This document shows positions 42,113 through 51,068 of a stretch of DNA of 64,000 bases, in pieces. This DNA is from Alphaproteobacteria bacterium (lineage in GTDB: Bacteria > Pseudomonadota > Alphaproteobacteria > Caulobacterales > Caulobacteraceae): NCBI GenBank assembly GCA_018820665.1, contig JAHJNW010000067.1, positions 18,969-82,968 on the forward strand, in the 5' to 3' direction. The notes beneath the pieces were generated by a model. The model did no database searches and was not told where the DNA came from. It saw only the letters and a program-made list of their open reading frames with translations. The translations under genes and the position numbers were made by a program. Positions within the stretch are counted from its first letter, which is position 1; the number at the start of each line of letters is the position of its first letter.

Positions 42113-43182
42113 GCCTCGACCGCCTCGTCGGCGGCGAAGCCGCGCGCTGCGGGGCGGCCCAGCATCGACCAGACCTCCATCGGCGAGACGCCGTCGGCGG
42201 GGCGTTTGGCGGTCAGATTGTCGAGGCTCAGGGGTTCGCCGGCCGCGATCGGGCGGGCCGCCACGAGGCTGCGCCGGGCGATGGCGCGGTTGGCCAGTTC
42301 CTCGGGCGCCGGCGTCTTGACCGGACGGCCCAGGGCGATCTCGACGTCACGGATGGCGGCGATCATCGCCGCCAGCTCGGCGGGCTCCAGCGAGGCGGCG
42401 TGGTCCGGGCCGGGCCGGGTCCGGTCGAGGGTGAAATGCTTTTCGATCACCGTCGCGCCGCGGGCGACGGCGGCGATGGCCACGCTGGTCCCGAGCGTAT
42501 GGTCCGAATAGCCGACCGGCAGGCCGAAGGTTTCGGTCATCACATCCATCGCGCGCAGGTTCACCGCCGTCAGCGGGGCGGGGTATTCCGTCGTGCAGTG
42601 CAGCAGGGTGACTCGCTCGCGCAGACGCGCCTGACCGGCCGGGCTGGCGAAGGCCTCGGCCAGATCGGCCTTGCCCATCGGCGTGTCCGTCCGCGTCAGG
42701 CCAAAGGCGATCACCGACAGGGCGTCGCGGATTTCGTCGAGGTCGGCCATGCCGGTCGAGACGATCAGCGGCTGGTCCAGCCGGCCCGCCGCCAGCAGCA
42801 TAGCGCCCCAGGTCAGGTCGCCCGAGGGAATCTTGATCGCCGGCATGTCGAGCCCGGCGAGGAAGGCGAGACTGTCGAGATCGAAGGCCGTCGACATGAA
42901 CCGGATGCCGCGCGCGGCGGCGTGGGCGGCCAGTCCCCTGTGGTCCTCGTGCGCCAGCTCCAGCGCCTTGAGCATGGCCAGCTGGCCGCCGTCCTCGCCG
43001 GTGTTGCGCGTCTGATAGGCCGCCTTGCCGGCGCGGCGCGTGACCAGCTGTTCGGCCTGGAAGGTCTGGAATTTCACCGCATCGGCGCCCGCTTCGGCGG
43101 CGACGTCGATCATCCGGCGGGCGTCGTCCAGCGAGCCGTCGTGATTGACCCCCGCCTCGGCGATGATGAAGACGCCGGTCAT
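42109..43182 (-). CDS. neuB: Nonulosonate (legionaminic acid-type) synthase
   Basis: FIIAEAGVNHDG, AVKFQTF, KIPSGD, LLHCTTEYPAP, GYSDHTLG, IEKHFTLDR, C-terminal SAF domain. Confidence 0.93.
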   Translation of the reverse strand: MTGVFIIAEAGVNHDGSLDDARRMIDVAAEAGADAVKFQTFQAEQLVTRRAGKAAYQTRNTGEDGGQLAMLKALELAHEDHRGLAAHAAARGIRFMSTAFDLDSLAFLAGLDMPAIKIPSGDLTWGAMLLAAGRLDQPLIVSTGMADLDEIRDALSVIAFGLTRTDTPMGKADLAEAFASPAGQARLRERVTLLHCTTEYPAPLTAVNLRAMDVMTETFGLPVGYSDHTLGTSVAIAAVARGATVIEKHFTLDRTRPGPDHAASLEPAELAAMIAAIRDVEIALGRPVKTPAPEELANRAIARRSLVAARPIAAGEPLSLDNLTAKRPADGVSPMEVWSMLGRPAARGFAADEAVEA

Positions 43183-44339
43183 GCGCCGACCTCGTGGAAG
43201 GCCTTGGCCAACAAGGCCTCGCGCGGCGGGGCGTCGCGCAGGATGCGGACGATGCGTCCGGCGCTGAAGCCGTCCCCATAGGGATTGACGACACCGGCGC
43301 AGTCGAGGGCGAACGCGTCCCGCACGGCCGCGGCGATGGCTTCGGCGTCGGGCGCGCAGCGGATCACCGAGGCGGCGGCCAGCCGGCCCTTCTGGCGGTC
43401 GTCGATGTCGACCGTCGGCACGCCGAAGGACGGCGCCTCATACAGTCCGCTGGAAGAATTGCCGACCACCGCATCGACCTGGGCCATCAGCGACAGGTAG
43501 CGCAATTGGCCGAGCGAAGCGAAGACCCGCACGTCGGGCCGCTCGCGGGCCCAGACGTCCAGCGCCTCCTCGATCGCGCGATGGCCCGGATCGGCGTTCG
43601 GGCGGGTGATCCATTTGACGACATCGGCCGGCAGGGCGTCCAGCGCCGCCAGCAGGGCCTCAAACTCCGCCTGGCCGCGGTCGGCGGTCAGGGTCACCGG
43701 ATGGAAGGTCACGAGGACGTTCCGCGCGCCCAGCGGCGCGCCGAGCGCGGCCTCCAGCGCGGTCCGGTCCAGCAACGGCCGGCGCCGCAGCTGGTCCAGC
43801 CCGGGACTGCCGACGACATGGACCCGGTCGGGCGCGGCCCCCATCTGGCGGACGCGCCGGGCGGAGGTCTCGTGGGTCGTCAGGTGGATATGCGCCATCT
43901 GGGTCAGGGCGTGGCGGAGGCTTTCGTCGAAGGCCCCCTCGGTCGTGTCGCCGCCGGCGATGTGGGCGATCGGCACGCCATGGATCAGGGCCGCCTGCGC
44001 CGCCGCGAGGATCTCATAGCGATCACCCAGCGCCAGCATGATGTCGGGCTGCAGCGTCTCCAGCGCCTCCGAAACCCCGGTCAGACAGCGCGCCATGGCC
44101 CGCACCGTGTCCCCGGGCCCGTCCGCCTCCAGGCCCAGCGGCACGCGGGCGTCGATACGGAAGCCGTCGGCCTCGATCTGGTCGGCCGTCATGCCGAACG
44201 TGGGCTCGAGGTGCGAGCCGGTGGCGATCAGTTGCAGTTCCAGATCTTCGGCCGCGCCGATGTCGTGCATCACCCACTGCAGCAGGCCGTAGTCGGCGCG
44301 GCCGCCGGTGACGACGCAGATCCGGCGAGGCCCGCTCAT
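43179..44339 (-). CDS. neuC: Hydrolysing NDP-GlcNAc/bacillosamine 2-epimerase (LegG)
   Basis: ICVVTGGRADYGLL, LGDRYE, HIAGGD, TFHPVT, VGNSSSGLYEAP, RQKGR. Confidence 0.92.
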   Translation of the reverse strand: MSGPRRICVVTGGRADYGLLQWVMHDIGAAEDLELQLIATGSHLEPTFGMTADQIEADGFRIDARVPLGLEADGPGDTVRAMARCLTGVSEALETLQPDIMLALGDRYEILAAAQAALIHGVPIAHIAGGDTTEGAFDESLRHALTQMAHIHLTTHETSARRVRQMGAAPDRVHVVGSPGLDQLRRRPLLDRTALEAALGAPLGARNVLVTFHPVTLTADRGQAEFEALLAALDALPADVVKWITRPNADPGHRAIEEALDVWARERPDVRVFASLGQLRYLSLMAQVDAVVGNSSSGLYEAPSFGVPTVDIDDRQKGRLAAASVIRCAPDAEAIAAAVRDAFALDCAGVVNPYGDGFSAGRIVRILRDAPPREALLAKAFHEVGA

Positions 44340-45502
44340 GCGTCGGCCAGCTTCGCGCTGCTGGGAATGTTGATGACGCTGGCCTCCAGCGCCTCGGCGA
44401 CCGGCAGGGCGTCGCGCGGACAGGCGGCGTACATCGGCAGGCGGTGCATCAACGTCCAAAGCGGCCGCGCCATGAAGCCGGCCTCGTTCAGGGTCTCCAG
44501 CAGGGCGTCGCGCATCGCCATGTCGGGCCGGTCGAGGATCAGGGCGTTGAGCCAGTGGTTGACCTCGGCGCCGGGCCGGGCGGTCATCAGGCGCACGCCC
44601 TCCACGGCGCGGAACGCCCCGGCATAGCGCTGCGCCAGCACCGCCTTGCGCGCCAGCATGTCAGGCAGGCGCTCAAGCTGGGCGCAGCCAAGGGCGGCGT
44701 TGAGGTTGGGCATGCGGTAATTCCAGCCCACCTCGTCATGCACGAACGACCATTTGTGGGGCACGCGCGCCGTGGTGGTCAGGTGTCTGGCGCGCCGGGC
44801 GAGCTCGGGATCGTTGGTCAGGATCGCGCCGCCGCCGCCGGTGGTGACGATCTTGTTGCCGTTGAAGCTCAGGGCCGACACCAGTCCGACATTGCCGACA
44901 TGCCGGCCGTTCCAGGTCGAGCCCAGGCCCTCGGCCGCGTCCTCGACCAGCGCCAGCCTCCAGCGCGCCGCGACGCCGGCCAGGCCGTCCAGATCGCAGG
45001 GGTGGCCGAAGACGTGCATCACCATCAGCGCCCGGATCGGCGCCCCGGTTCGGGTGTTGACGCAGAAGTCGCCCTCGATCCGCGCCGTCTCGCGCAGATA
45101 CGCCTCCAGCCGCACGGGATCGACGCCGAGGGTCTCCGCCTCGGAGTCGACGAAATGCGGCGTCGCGCCCTGATAGGCCACGGCGTTGGCGGTGGCGACG
45201 AAGGTCAGGGCCGGGATCAGCACCTCATCGCCCGCCCGCACCCCGGCGAGGCGCAGACAGATATCCAGCGCCGCCGTGCCGTTGGAGGTGGCCACCGCAT
45301 GGGCGGCGCCGGTGAGGGTTTCGAGATCCCGCTCGATGCGATCGACCCAGGCGCCGACGGAGGAGACCCAGCCGGTGTCGAGGCAGTCCTTCAGATAGGC
45401 CCACTCCTGACCCCGGAACTCGGGCTCATGCAGGGCGACGCCGTCGTCCGACGCCGGCAGGGCGGCGCGTACAGCCGCAAGAACCTGATCGGGCAGGCTC
45501 AC
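44336..45502 (-). CDS. legC: LegC-family aminotransferase
   Basis: LHEPEF, GWVSSVG, EDAAEGLGS, SFNGNKIVTTGGGG, HDEVGWNYRMPNLNAALG. Confidence 0.9.
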   Translation of the reverse strand: MSLPDQVLAAVRAALPASDDGVALHEPEFRGQEWAYLKDCLDTGWVSSVGAWVDRIERDLETLTGAAHAVATSNGTAALDICLRLAGVRAGDEVLIPALTFVATANAVAYQGATPHFVDSEAETLGVDPVRLEAYLRETARIEGDFCVNTRTGAPIRALMVMHVFGHPCDLDGLAGVAARWRLALVEDAAEGLGSTWNGRHVGNVGLVSALSFNGNKIVTTGGGGAILTNDPELARRARHLTTTARVPHKWSFVHDEVGWNYRMPNLNAALGCAQLERLPDMLARKAVLAQRYAGAFRAVEGVRLMTARPGAEVNHWLNALILDRPDMAMRDALLETLNEAGFMARPLWTLMHRLPMYAACPRDALPVAEALEASVINIPSSAKLADA

Positions 45503-46509
45503 AGCACGTACCGATCCGCCTTGTAGCGGGCCAGATTGGCCGGATCGCTGAACCAGTCGATGGTCTCCCGCAGTCCACGATCAAAGCCCTCGCCGCCGCC
45601 GTATTCGGGCGACCAGCCGGTCAGGGACTGCATCAGGGCGCTGTCGGCCCACAGCCGCTCGACCTCGCTGGCCTCGGGGCGCAGGCGCTGATCGTCGGTG
45701 ACGATGGCCACGTCGCGGCCCATAAGGGCGATGATCCGGCGCGCCGTATCGCCGATCGGGACCTCGAAGCCGCTGCCGACATTGACCGTCTGGCCCACGG
45801 CCGCGTCGCATTCCGCCAGCGCCTCGAAACCGCGCGCGGTGTCGGCCACGAAGGTGAAGTCGCGCGTCGGATGCACCGCGCCCAGTTTGATCTCGCCCGC
45901 GCCCGCGGCGATCTGGGTGATGATCGTCGGGATCACCGCCCGCGCCGACTGGCGGGGCCCATAGGTGTTGAACGGCCGGATCACCGTCACCGGCGTACCG
46001 AAGGCGGCGTGGAAGCTCAGCGCGATCTGGTCGGCGCCGATCTTGGACGCCGAATAGGGCGACTGGCCCTGCAGCGGATGGGCCTCGGTGATCGGCACGA
46101 ACCGGGCGGTGCCATAGACCTCGCTGGTCGAGGTGTGAACCACCCGCTCCACGCCCAGATCGCGCGCCGCCTGAACGATGTTCAGCGTGCCCAGGACATT
46201 GGTCTCAACATAGGTCTGGGGGGAGTGGTAACTGTAGGGGATGGCGATCAGGGCGGCGAGATGCAGCACCACGTCGCAACCGGTCATGGCCGTGCGTACC
46301 CCGTGCGGGTCGCGGACATCGCCGGAAAACACGTCCAGGTTGCGACGAACATCGACGGGGCTGTCGTCCAGCCAGCCCCAGGATCCGAGGCTGTTATACT
46401 GGACGAAGGCCCGCACCTCGCAGCCCCGACGCACGAGGCGCTCAGTCAGATGTGAGCCGATGAATCCGTCGGCGCCCGTAACCAGAATGCGTCGACCGGC
46501 CAGATCCAT
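45499..46509 (-). CDS. legB: LegB-family NAD-dependent 4,6-dehydratase
   Basis: VTGADGFIGSHL, HLAALIAIPYSY, QSPYSASKIGAD, RPFNTYGPRQSARA, SEVERL. Confidence 0.9.
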   Translation of the reverse strand: MDLAGRRILVTGADGFIGSHLTERLVRRGCEVRAFVQYNSLGSWGWLDDSPVDVRRNLDVFSGDVRDPHGVRTAMTGCDVVLHLAALIAIPYSYHSPQTYVETNVLGTLNIVQAARDLGVERVVHTSTSEVYGTARFVPITEAHPLQGQSPYSASKIGADQIALSFHAAFGTPVTVIRPFNTYGPRQSARAVIPTIITQIAAGAGEIKLGAVHPTRDFTFVADTARGFEALAECDAAVGQTVNVGSGFEVPIGDTARRIIALMGRDVAIVTDDQRLRPEASEVERLWADSALMQSLTGWSPEYGGGEGFDRGLRETIDWFSDPANLARYKADRYVL

Positions 46510-46736
46510 TGATTTCCCTGCTGTTCCGCCACGGCCGACAACCTGCCAGACCACCTCGAGTCCGACCGTGGCAGAATTGTCGGTAGATTTCGTTTACTGT
46601 CACGAACGGCGCTATTGCGCCGCGCAGGACCGCCCGGAGGGCGAATTTTGACTTGCATATCCGCCGATCCCGATTGTATGAAGTCAGCGACTGGGGCGTT
46701 TGCGCTTTCGGCACAATGTTAATCAAGGGGATTTAC

Positions 46737-46964
46737 ATGCGTAAGACCATCGCCGCCGTGACGGCTGGCCTGCTTCTGGTTGCCGGCCAAGCGGCCGCCG
46801 CCGGTTCTAACTCCGCCGTGACCCGCGTTGGCGATCGCGTCGGCGCCACTGCTGGTGAATCTTCGGAATTCGCCGGCATCCCGCTTCCGGTCCTTCTGAT
46901 CGGCGCTGCGGTTCTCGCCGCCACCGTCGTGGTTATCGGCGAAGACGACAGCGACAGCGATTAA
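46737..46964 (+). CDS. Exported microprotein with C-terminal TM and acidic tail (paralog B)
   Basis: AAGGGG SD, ATG at 46737, TAA stop; signal peptide; paralog of 36430-36660; followed by two hairpins. Confidence 0.88.
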   Translation: MRKTIAAVTAGLLLVAGQAAAAGSNSAVTRVGDRVGATAGESSEFAGIPLPVLLIGAAVLAATVVVIGEDDSDSD

Positions 46965-47017
46965 GATACGTCTCGGTCGGCGCCCGGTTTCACCGGGCGT
47001 CGCCTGGCACAGACATC

Positions 47018-47048
47018 AAGGCCATCCGGTTCGCCGGGTGGCCTTTTT
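47018..47048 (+). terminator. Rho-independent terminator after microprotein B
   Basis: AAGGCCATCCGG-TTCG-CCGGGTGGCCTT followed by a T run; a second hairpin precedes it at 46978-47002. Confidence 0.85.
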
Positions 47049-47121
47049 GACGTTTGCCGACGGATCGTTGCGACGGAAGCCAGCGCTTGGCTCCCGCCTC
47101 GCGCGCCGATAGACGTCGTCT

Positions 47122-48129
47122 ATGAAATTGCACCGTCAAACGCCGCTGGCCCTCAGCCTCACCTGTGTCCTGGCCCTTGGCGCCTGCAGCGGCGGGCCGT
47201 CGTCAGTCCCGCTGACCACGGCGGACCTCGACGCGGCTGCCCGATTGACGTCCCTCACCGATCTCGACCAACGGGTCGCCCGGGTCGCCTGGCGTCTGTC
47301 AAAAGCCAATGCCGACCTGTGCCCCGCCGTCCGGCCTTCCGCGGGCTGGGCCCTGCATTCTGCGAGACAATACAGCCTCGACCTGCGGCCTCACGTCGAG
47401 AACCGGTTCGGGCTCGTCGGCGACCTTCCCGGGGTGCTCGCCGTGCCTCCGGGCTCTCCCGCCGCGGCGGCCGGGTTCGCGCCAGGCGACCTGATCATCG
47501 ACGCGGCCGGCGCCGGCCTGGACCCGGGCGACGGCGACGCCGCCGCCTCATGGACAGGGCTGGAGCGGAACCTGCGGGTCATCGACACCGCCCTCGCGCG
47601 CGGGCCCACGCCCTTCACGGTCCAGCGCGGAGACGACCGCATCCAGATCACGGTCACCCCGGAACGCGCCTGCGGCTACGACGTCCAACTCGACCCCTCC
47701 GACGAACTCAACGCCCGCGCCGATGGGCGGCGCCTGTTCATCAGCACGGCCCTGGCCGGGTTCGCCCGGACCGACGACGAACTGGCGGTCATCCTCGGCC
47801 ACGAACTGGCGCACCATGTCCTGCGGCACCATCCGTGGGACGACGCCGGCGGCGCGGCGAGGCGCGTCAACGACGGCGCCTGGAAAGCGGATGGCGGCCG
47901 TGGCGGGGCGGAACAACAGGCGGATCGCGCCGGTCTCTACCTCCTCGCCCGCGCCGGCTACGACCCGGCGGTCGCCGCGCCGTTCTGGCGCCGCTTCGGG
48001 GAGTCGAACTGGCGGGTCCGCTTCCCCCAGATCGGCCATGCCTCGGCGGGATCCCGCGCGCAGGCGCTGGAGGCGGTGGAGCGGGAGATAGAGGCGAAGC
48101 GCCAGGCCGGCGGCGAGCTCCTGCCCTGA
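47122..48129 (+). CDS. M48-family metallopeptidase lipoprotein with PDZ domain
   Basis: Lipobox LGAC; GSPAAAAGFAPGDLI (PDZ); LNARADG, DELAVILGHELAH (HExxH), EQQAD..G..L..AGYDP. Confidence 0.88.
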   Translation: MKLHRQTPLALSLTCVLALGACSGGPSSVPLTTADLDAAARLTSLTDLDQRVARVAWRLSKANADLCPAVRPSAGWALHSARQYSLDLRPHVENRFGLVGDLPGVLAVPPGSPAAAAGFAPGDLIIDAAGAGLDPGDGDAAASWTGLERNLRVIDTALARGPTPFTVQRGDDRIQITVTPERACGYDVQLDPSDELNARADGRRLFISTALAGFARTDDELAVILGHELAHHVLRHHPWDDAGGAARRVNDGAWKADGGRGGAEQQADRAGLYLLARAGYDPAVAAPFWRRFGESNWRVRFPQIGHASAGSRAQALEAVEREIEAKRQAGGELLP

Positions 48130-48133
48130 GCCG

Positions 48134-48823
48134 TCAGCCGTTCGCCAACCGCTCGGCCGCCTGAAAGTCTTCCCAAGTGTCGATATCGATCGACCGGTCC
48201 GCCGGCATCTCCCACGCCACGGTCTCACCCGGCCTGACGAAGGCCTTCTCGCGACGCAGCCAGGCCGCATCTGCGGCATAGACCGCCCCGTTCAGTACGA
48301 GGGCCGGCGGCAGGTCCTGGCGCCTCAGGCCGGCCCCGTCGGGCGGCGACGCGAACGGCTTCAGCCGCCCCTCCCCGTCCTGTCCGAACACGAGCCACGG
48401 ATGATTTTGAGCCTCCTGCACGGACACGCAGCCGGGCGCCCCGGCCGCCGCCATGTGATCGAGGGCCCCGTCGATATCGGCGGCCGTGCGCAGGGGCGAG
48501 GTCGGCTGCAGCAGGACCACCACGTCGTATCCGGGGACCCGGTCCAGCGCGTCCAGCACCACATCGATCGAAGCCGCGGCGTCGCCGGACAGCGCCGGCG
48601 CCCGCCGGAACGGCGCCTCGCAGCCCAGGCCTTCCGCCACCGCGATGATCTCGGGGTCGTCCGAGGACAGGACCAACCGATCGATCCGGCCCGAGGCCCG
48701 TGCCGCCGCAATGGTCCATGCGATCAGCGGCCGCCCCCGGAACGGCAGCACGTTCTTGCGCGGCAGCCCCTGTGAACCGCCCCGGGCGGTGATGATTGCC
48801 AGCACGGACCGTCCTGCGATCAC
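48134..48823 (-). CDS. neuA: CMP-nonulosonate synthetase (NeuA/LegF)
   Basis: ITARGGSQGLPRKN, LLQPTSPLR, NGAVY, SIDIDT; GTG start overlapping the upstream stop. Confidence 0.92.
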   Translation of the reverse strand: MIAGRSVLAIITARGGSQGLPRKNVLPFRGRPLIAWTIAAARASGRIDRLVLSSDDPEIIAVAEGLGCEAPFRRAPALSGDAAASIDVVLDALDRVPGYDVVVLLQPTSPLRTAADIDGALDHMAAAGAPGCVSVQEAQNHPWLVFGQDGEGRLKPFASPPDGAGLRRQDLPPALVLNGAVYAADAAWLRREKAFVRPGETVAWEMPADRSIDIDTWEDFQAAERLANG

Positions 48824-50991
48824 GACGGCGCTCCGCCACCCGGGTCCACGGAGAGCGTCTCGCGCAGCTGAATCCACGCCGCGACGATATGATAGAGCGA
48901 GCTCGCCGGCGCCGGCTCCTCGACGAAGCGTCCATCGGACTCCTGCTTGTCGCGCCACAGGCCGCCGGGCTGCAGATACCGGCGCAGGCTTTTCAGCGCC
49001 TCCGCCGTCCGGCCGTCCGGCCCGCCCCGCCCCAGAATCAGGGCGGCCTTCAGCCGTTCGGTCTGCGGCCAGAGCCGGGCCCGCGAGAAGCGAAGCTCGA
49101 CATCCTCGCCCAGTTGGTCGACCGCCACGCCTCGGGCGGCGTCGACGCCGCGCATGCCCGCTTCATAAAGCCTGACGGCGGCCGCGGACGCCCAGTCATC
49201 GCCGCGCGCCCGGCCCCAACGTGTCAACAGCCAGGCCCATTCGAACTGGTGACCGGGTTCGATCGGCCCGCCAAGGGGGGCGCCGGCCGGGCTCCAGTCC
49301 GCCTCGAAGAACTCCCGCAGGGCGCCGCCCCGCGGCTCGATGAAAAAGCGCCGCGCCAGACCGACGATCTCGTCGGCCATGGCCGTCCAGGCCCCTCCGG
49401 GCTCCAGCGCCTCCCAGGCGAGACAGGCCTCCAGCAAATGCATGTGGGCGTTGGCCTGATACGGATCCGCCCCGGCCTCGCGCCAGCCCCCGGCCGGGTG
49501 GGCGAAGGCGGCAAGGGCCTCGCGCAGCGCGTGGGCCCGCGCGGTCAGCCGCTCCGGCTCGACCCCGGCCTCGACCGCCCCGGCGAAGGCCAGCAGGGCG
49601 AACGCCTGATCGTACAGCAAGGCGGTGTCGTCGATCACTTCGCCCGTGTTGGACACCAGGGTGCGGTAGAGGCCGTCCGGCCGGCGATTGGTGGCCTCGA
49701 ACCGGTCCAGCCCCTCGCTGACCAGTCGGCTCCACGGACCCGTCCAGCCCGCCAGACCGGCGACGCTGAACGCCCAGGCCTGCCGCGCCTGCACCCGGGC
49801 CCGGCGGAACGGGCTGGCGTTCGCCCCGCCCTGATCGAGGGTCTCGTGGAAGCCGCCGTCCTCGTCGACGCCGAGCGTGGCCCACAACGGCAGGGCCTCG
49901 AGGCGCATCCAGCGGTCGAACGCCTGCGCCTGCTGTTCCAGCGTGGCGGTGGTCCGCCCTTCAGCGTGGGCCGGCGAGGTCTGGCGGATGCGGTCGACCA
50001 GCGCCTTGACCTCCTGCGCCCGGTCGAGGCTGCAGACCAGCACGGCGTCGGATTCGACGATGATCGCCAGATCCCTGACGCCCGCCGTCGCCACAACCAT
50101 CCCTTCCGCCGCCCGGACCAGACAGGTGTCGCCCGGCGCGCCGACCCAGACGCCCTTCTGGCCGGCCTCGACGGCGGCGACCGCGTCCCAGGCGCCGAGG
50201 TCGGACCAGCGGAAATCAACCGGCAGGACCGAGACCCGCGCGCTCCGCTCCATCACCGCATAGTCGATCGAGATCCGCGGCGAGCCGAGGAAGGCGTCCG
50301 ACAGCAGCACGATGTCGTCCGCGGTCTCGGGCACCGCCTCCGTGACCGCCGCGGCGACTTCCGGCGCGAAGGCCTCCAGCTCGGCCAGCAGGACATCGGC
50401 CCTGACCATGAAGTTGCCGCTGTTCCACAGAAAGCCGTCGCGGACATAGGCCTCGGCCCGTTCGCGATCAGGCTTTTCGACAAAGCGCCGCACCCGCGAC
50501 AGCCCGGGCGACTCCGGCTCGATATAGCCATAGGCCGACGACGGGCCGGTCGGCCGCACGCCGAAGGTGACGATCTCGCCATCCGCTGCGGCCGGCGCGC
50601 CGGCCATCACCGAACGCCTGAAGGCCTCGGCGTCCGGGATATGGTGATCGGAAGCGACGAACAGGGCGATGCCGTCGGGCGACCGACGGCGAATCCACAC
50701 CGCCGCCGCCGCCATGGCCGCCGCCGAATCGCGACCCTCGGGCTCAAGCAGGACGGTGGCCTCCAGCGACAGCGCCGCCAGTTGCTGGACGATGGCGTCC
50801 CGGTGGCCCTCGCCCGCGACGATGATGAGCCGCCCGCCCCCCTCCGTCAGGGGCGCGACGCGGCGGGCGGTCTCCTGAAACAGCGACAGGTCGCCGACGA
50901 GGTCGAGAAACTGCTTGGGGCTGTTCGGTCTCGACGCCGGCCACAGGCGTGTTCCGGCGCCGCCACAGAGGATGACCGGAAATACCACCAT
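48820..50991 (-). CDS. manC: Mannose-1-phosphate guanylyltransferase fused to an AGE-family epimerase/isomerase
   Basis: PVILCGGAGTRLWPASR, WNSGNF, ISIDYAVME, WSDLGAW; C-terminal half RVQARQ, LYDQAFALLA, NAHMHLLEA, EPGHQFEW, WPQTE, SSLYH. Confidence 0.88.
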   Translation of the reverse strand: MVVFPVILCGGAGTRLWPASRPNSPKQFLDLVGDLSLFQETARRVAPLTEGGGRLIIVAGEGHRDAIVQQLAALSLEATVLLEPEGRDSAAAMAAAAVWIRRRSPDGIALFVASDHHIPDAEAFRRSVMAGAPAAADGEIVTFGVRPTGPSSAYGYIEPESPGLSRVRRFVEKPDRERAEAYVRDGFLWNSGNFMVRADVLLAELEAFAPEVAAAVTEAVPETADDIVLLSDAFLGSPRISIDYAVMERSARVSVLPVDFRWSDLGAWDAVAAVEAGQKGVWVGAPGDTCLVRAAEGMVVATAGVRDLAIIVESDAVLVCSLDRAQEVKALVDRIRQTSPAHAEGRTTATLEQQAQAFDRWMRLEALPLWATLGVDEDGGFHETLDQGGANASPFRRARVQARQAWAFSVAGLAGWTGPWSRLVSEGLDRFEATNRRPDGLYRTLVSNTGEVIDDTALLYDQAFALLAFAGAVEAGVEPERLTARAHALREALAAFAHPAGGWREAGADPYQANAHMHLLEACLAWEALEPGGAWTAMADEIVGLARRFFIEPRGGALREFFEADWSPAGAPLGGPIEPGHQFEWAWLLTRWGRARGDDWASAAAVRLYEAGMRGVDAARGVAVDQLGEDVELRFSRARLWPQTERLKAALILGRGGPDGRTAEALKSLRRYLQPGGLWRDKQESDGRFVEEPAPASSLYHIVAAWIQLRETLSVDPGGGAPS

Positions 50992-51068
50992 GCCGCGCTC
51001 CAAACGTCCGAAGCGGTTCGTCTAGACTCTGGCGTCGGTGAGCGCCAGCCGCTGCCCCGCCACGGGCT

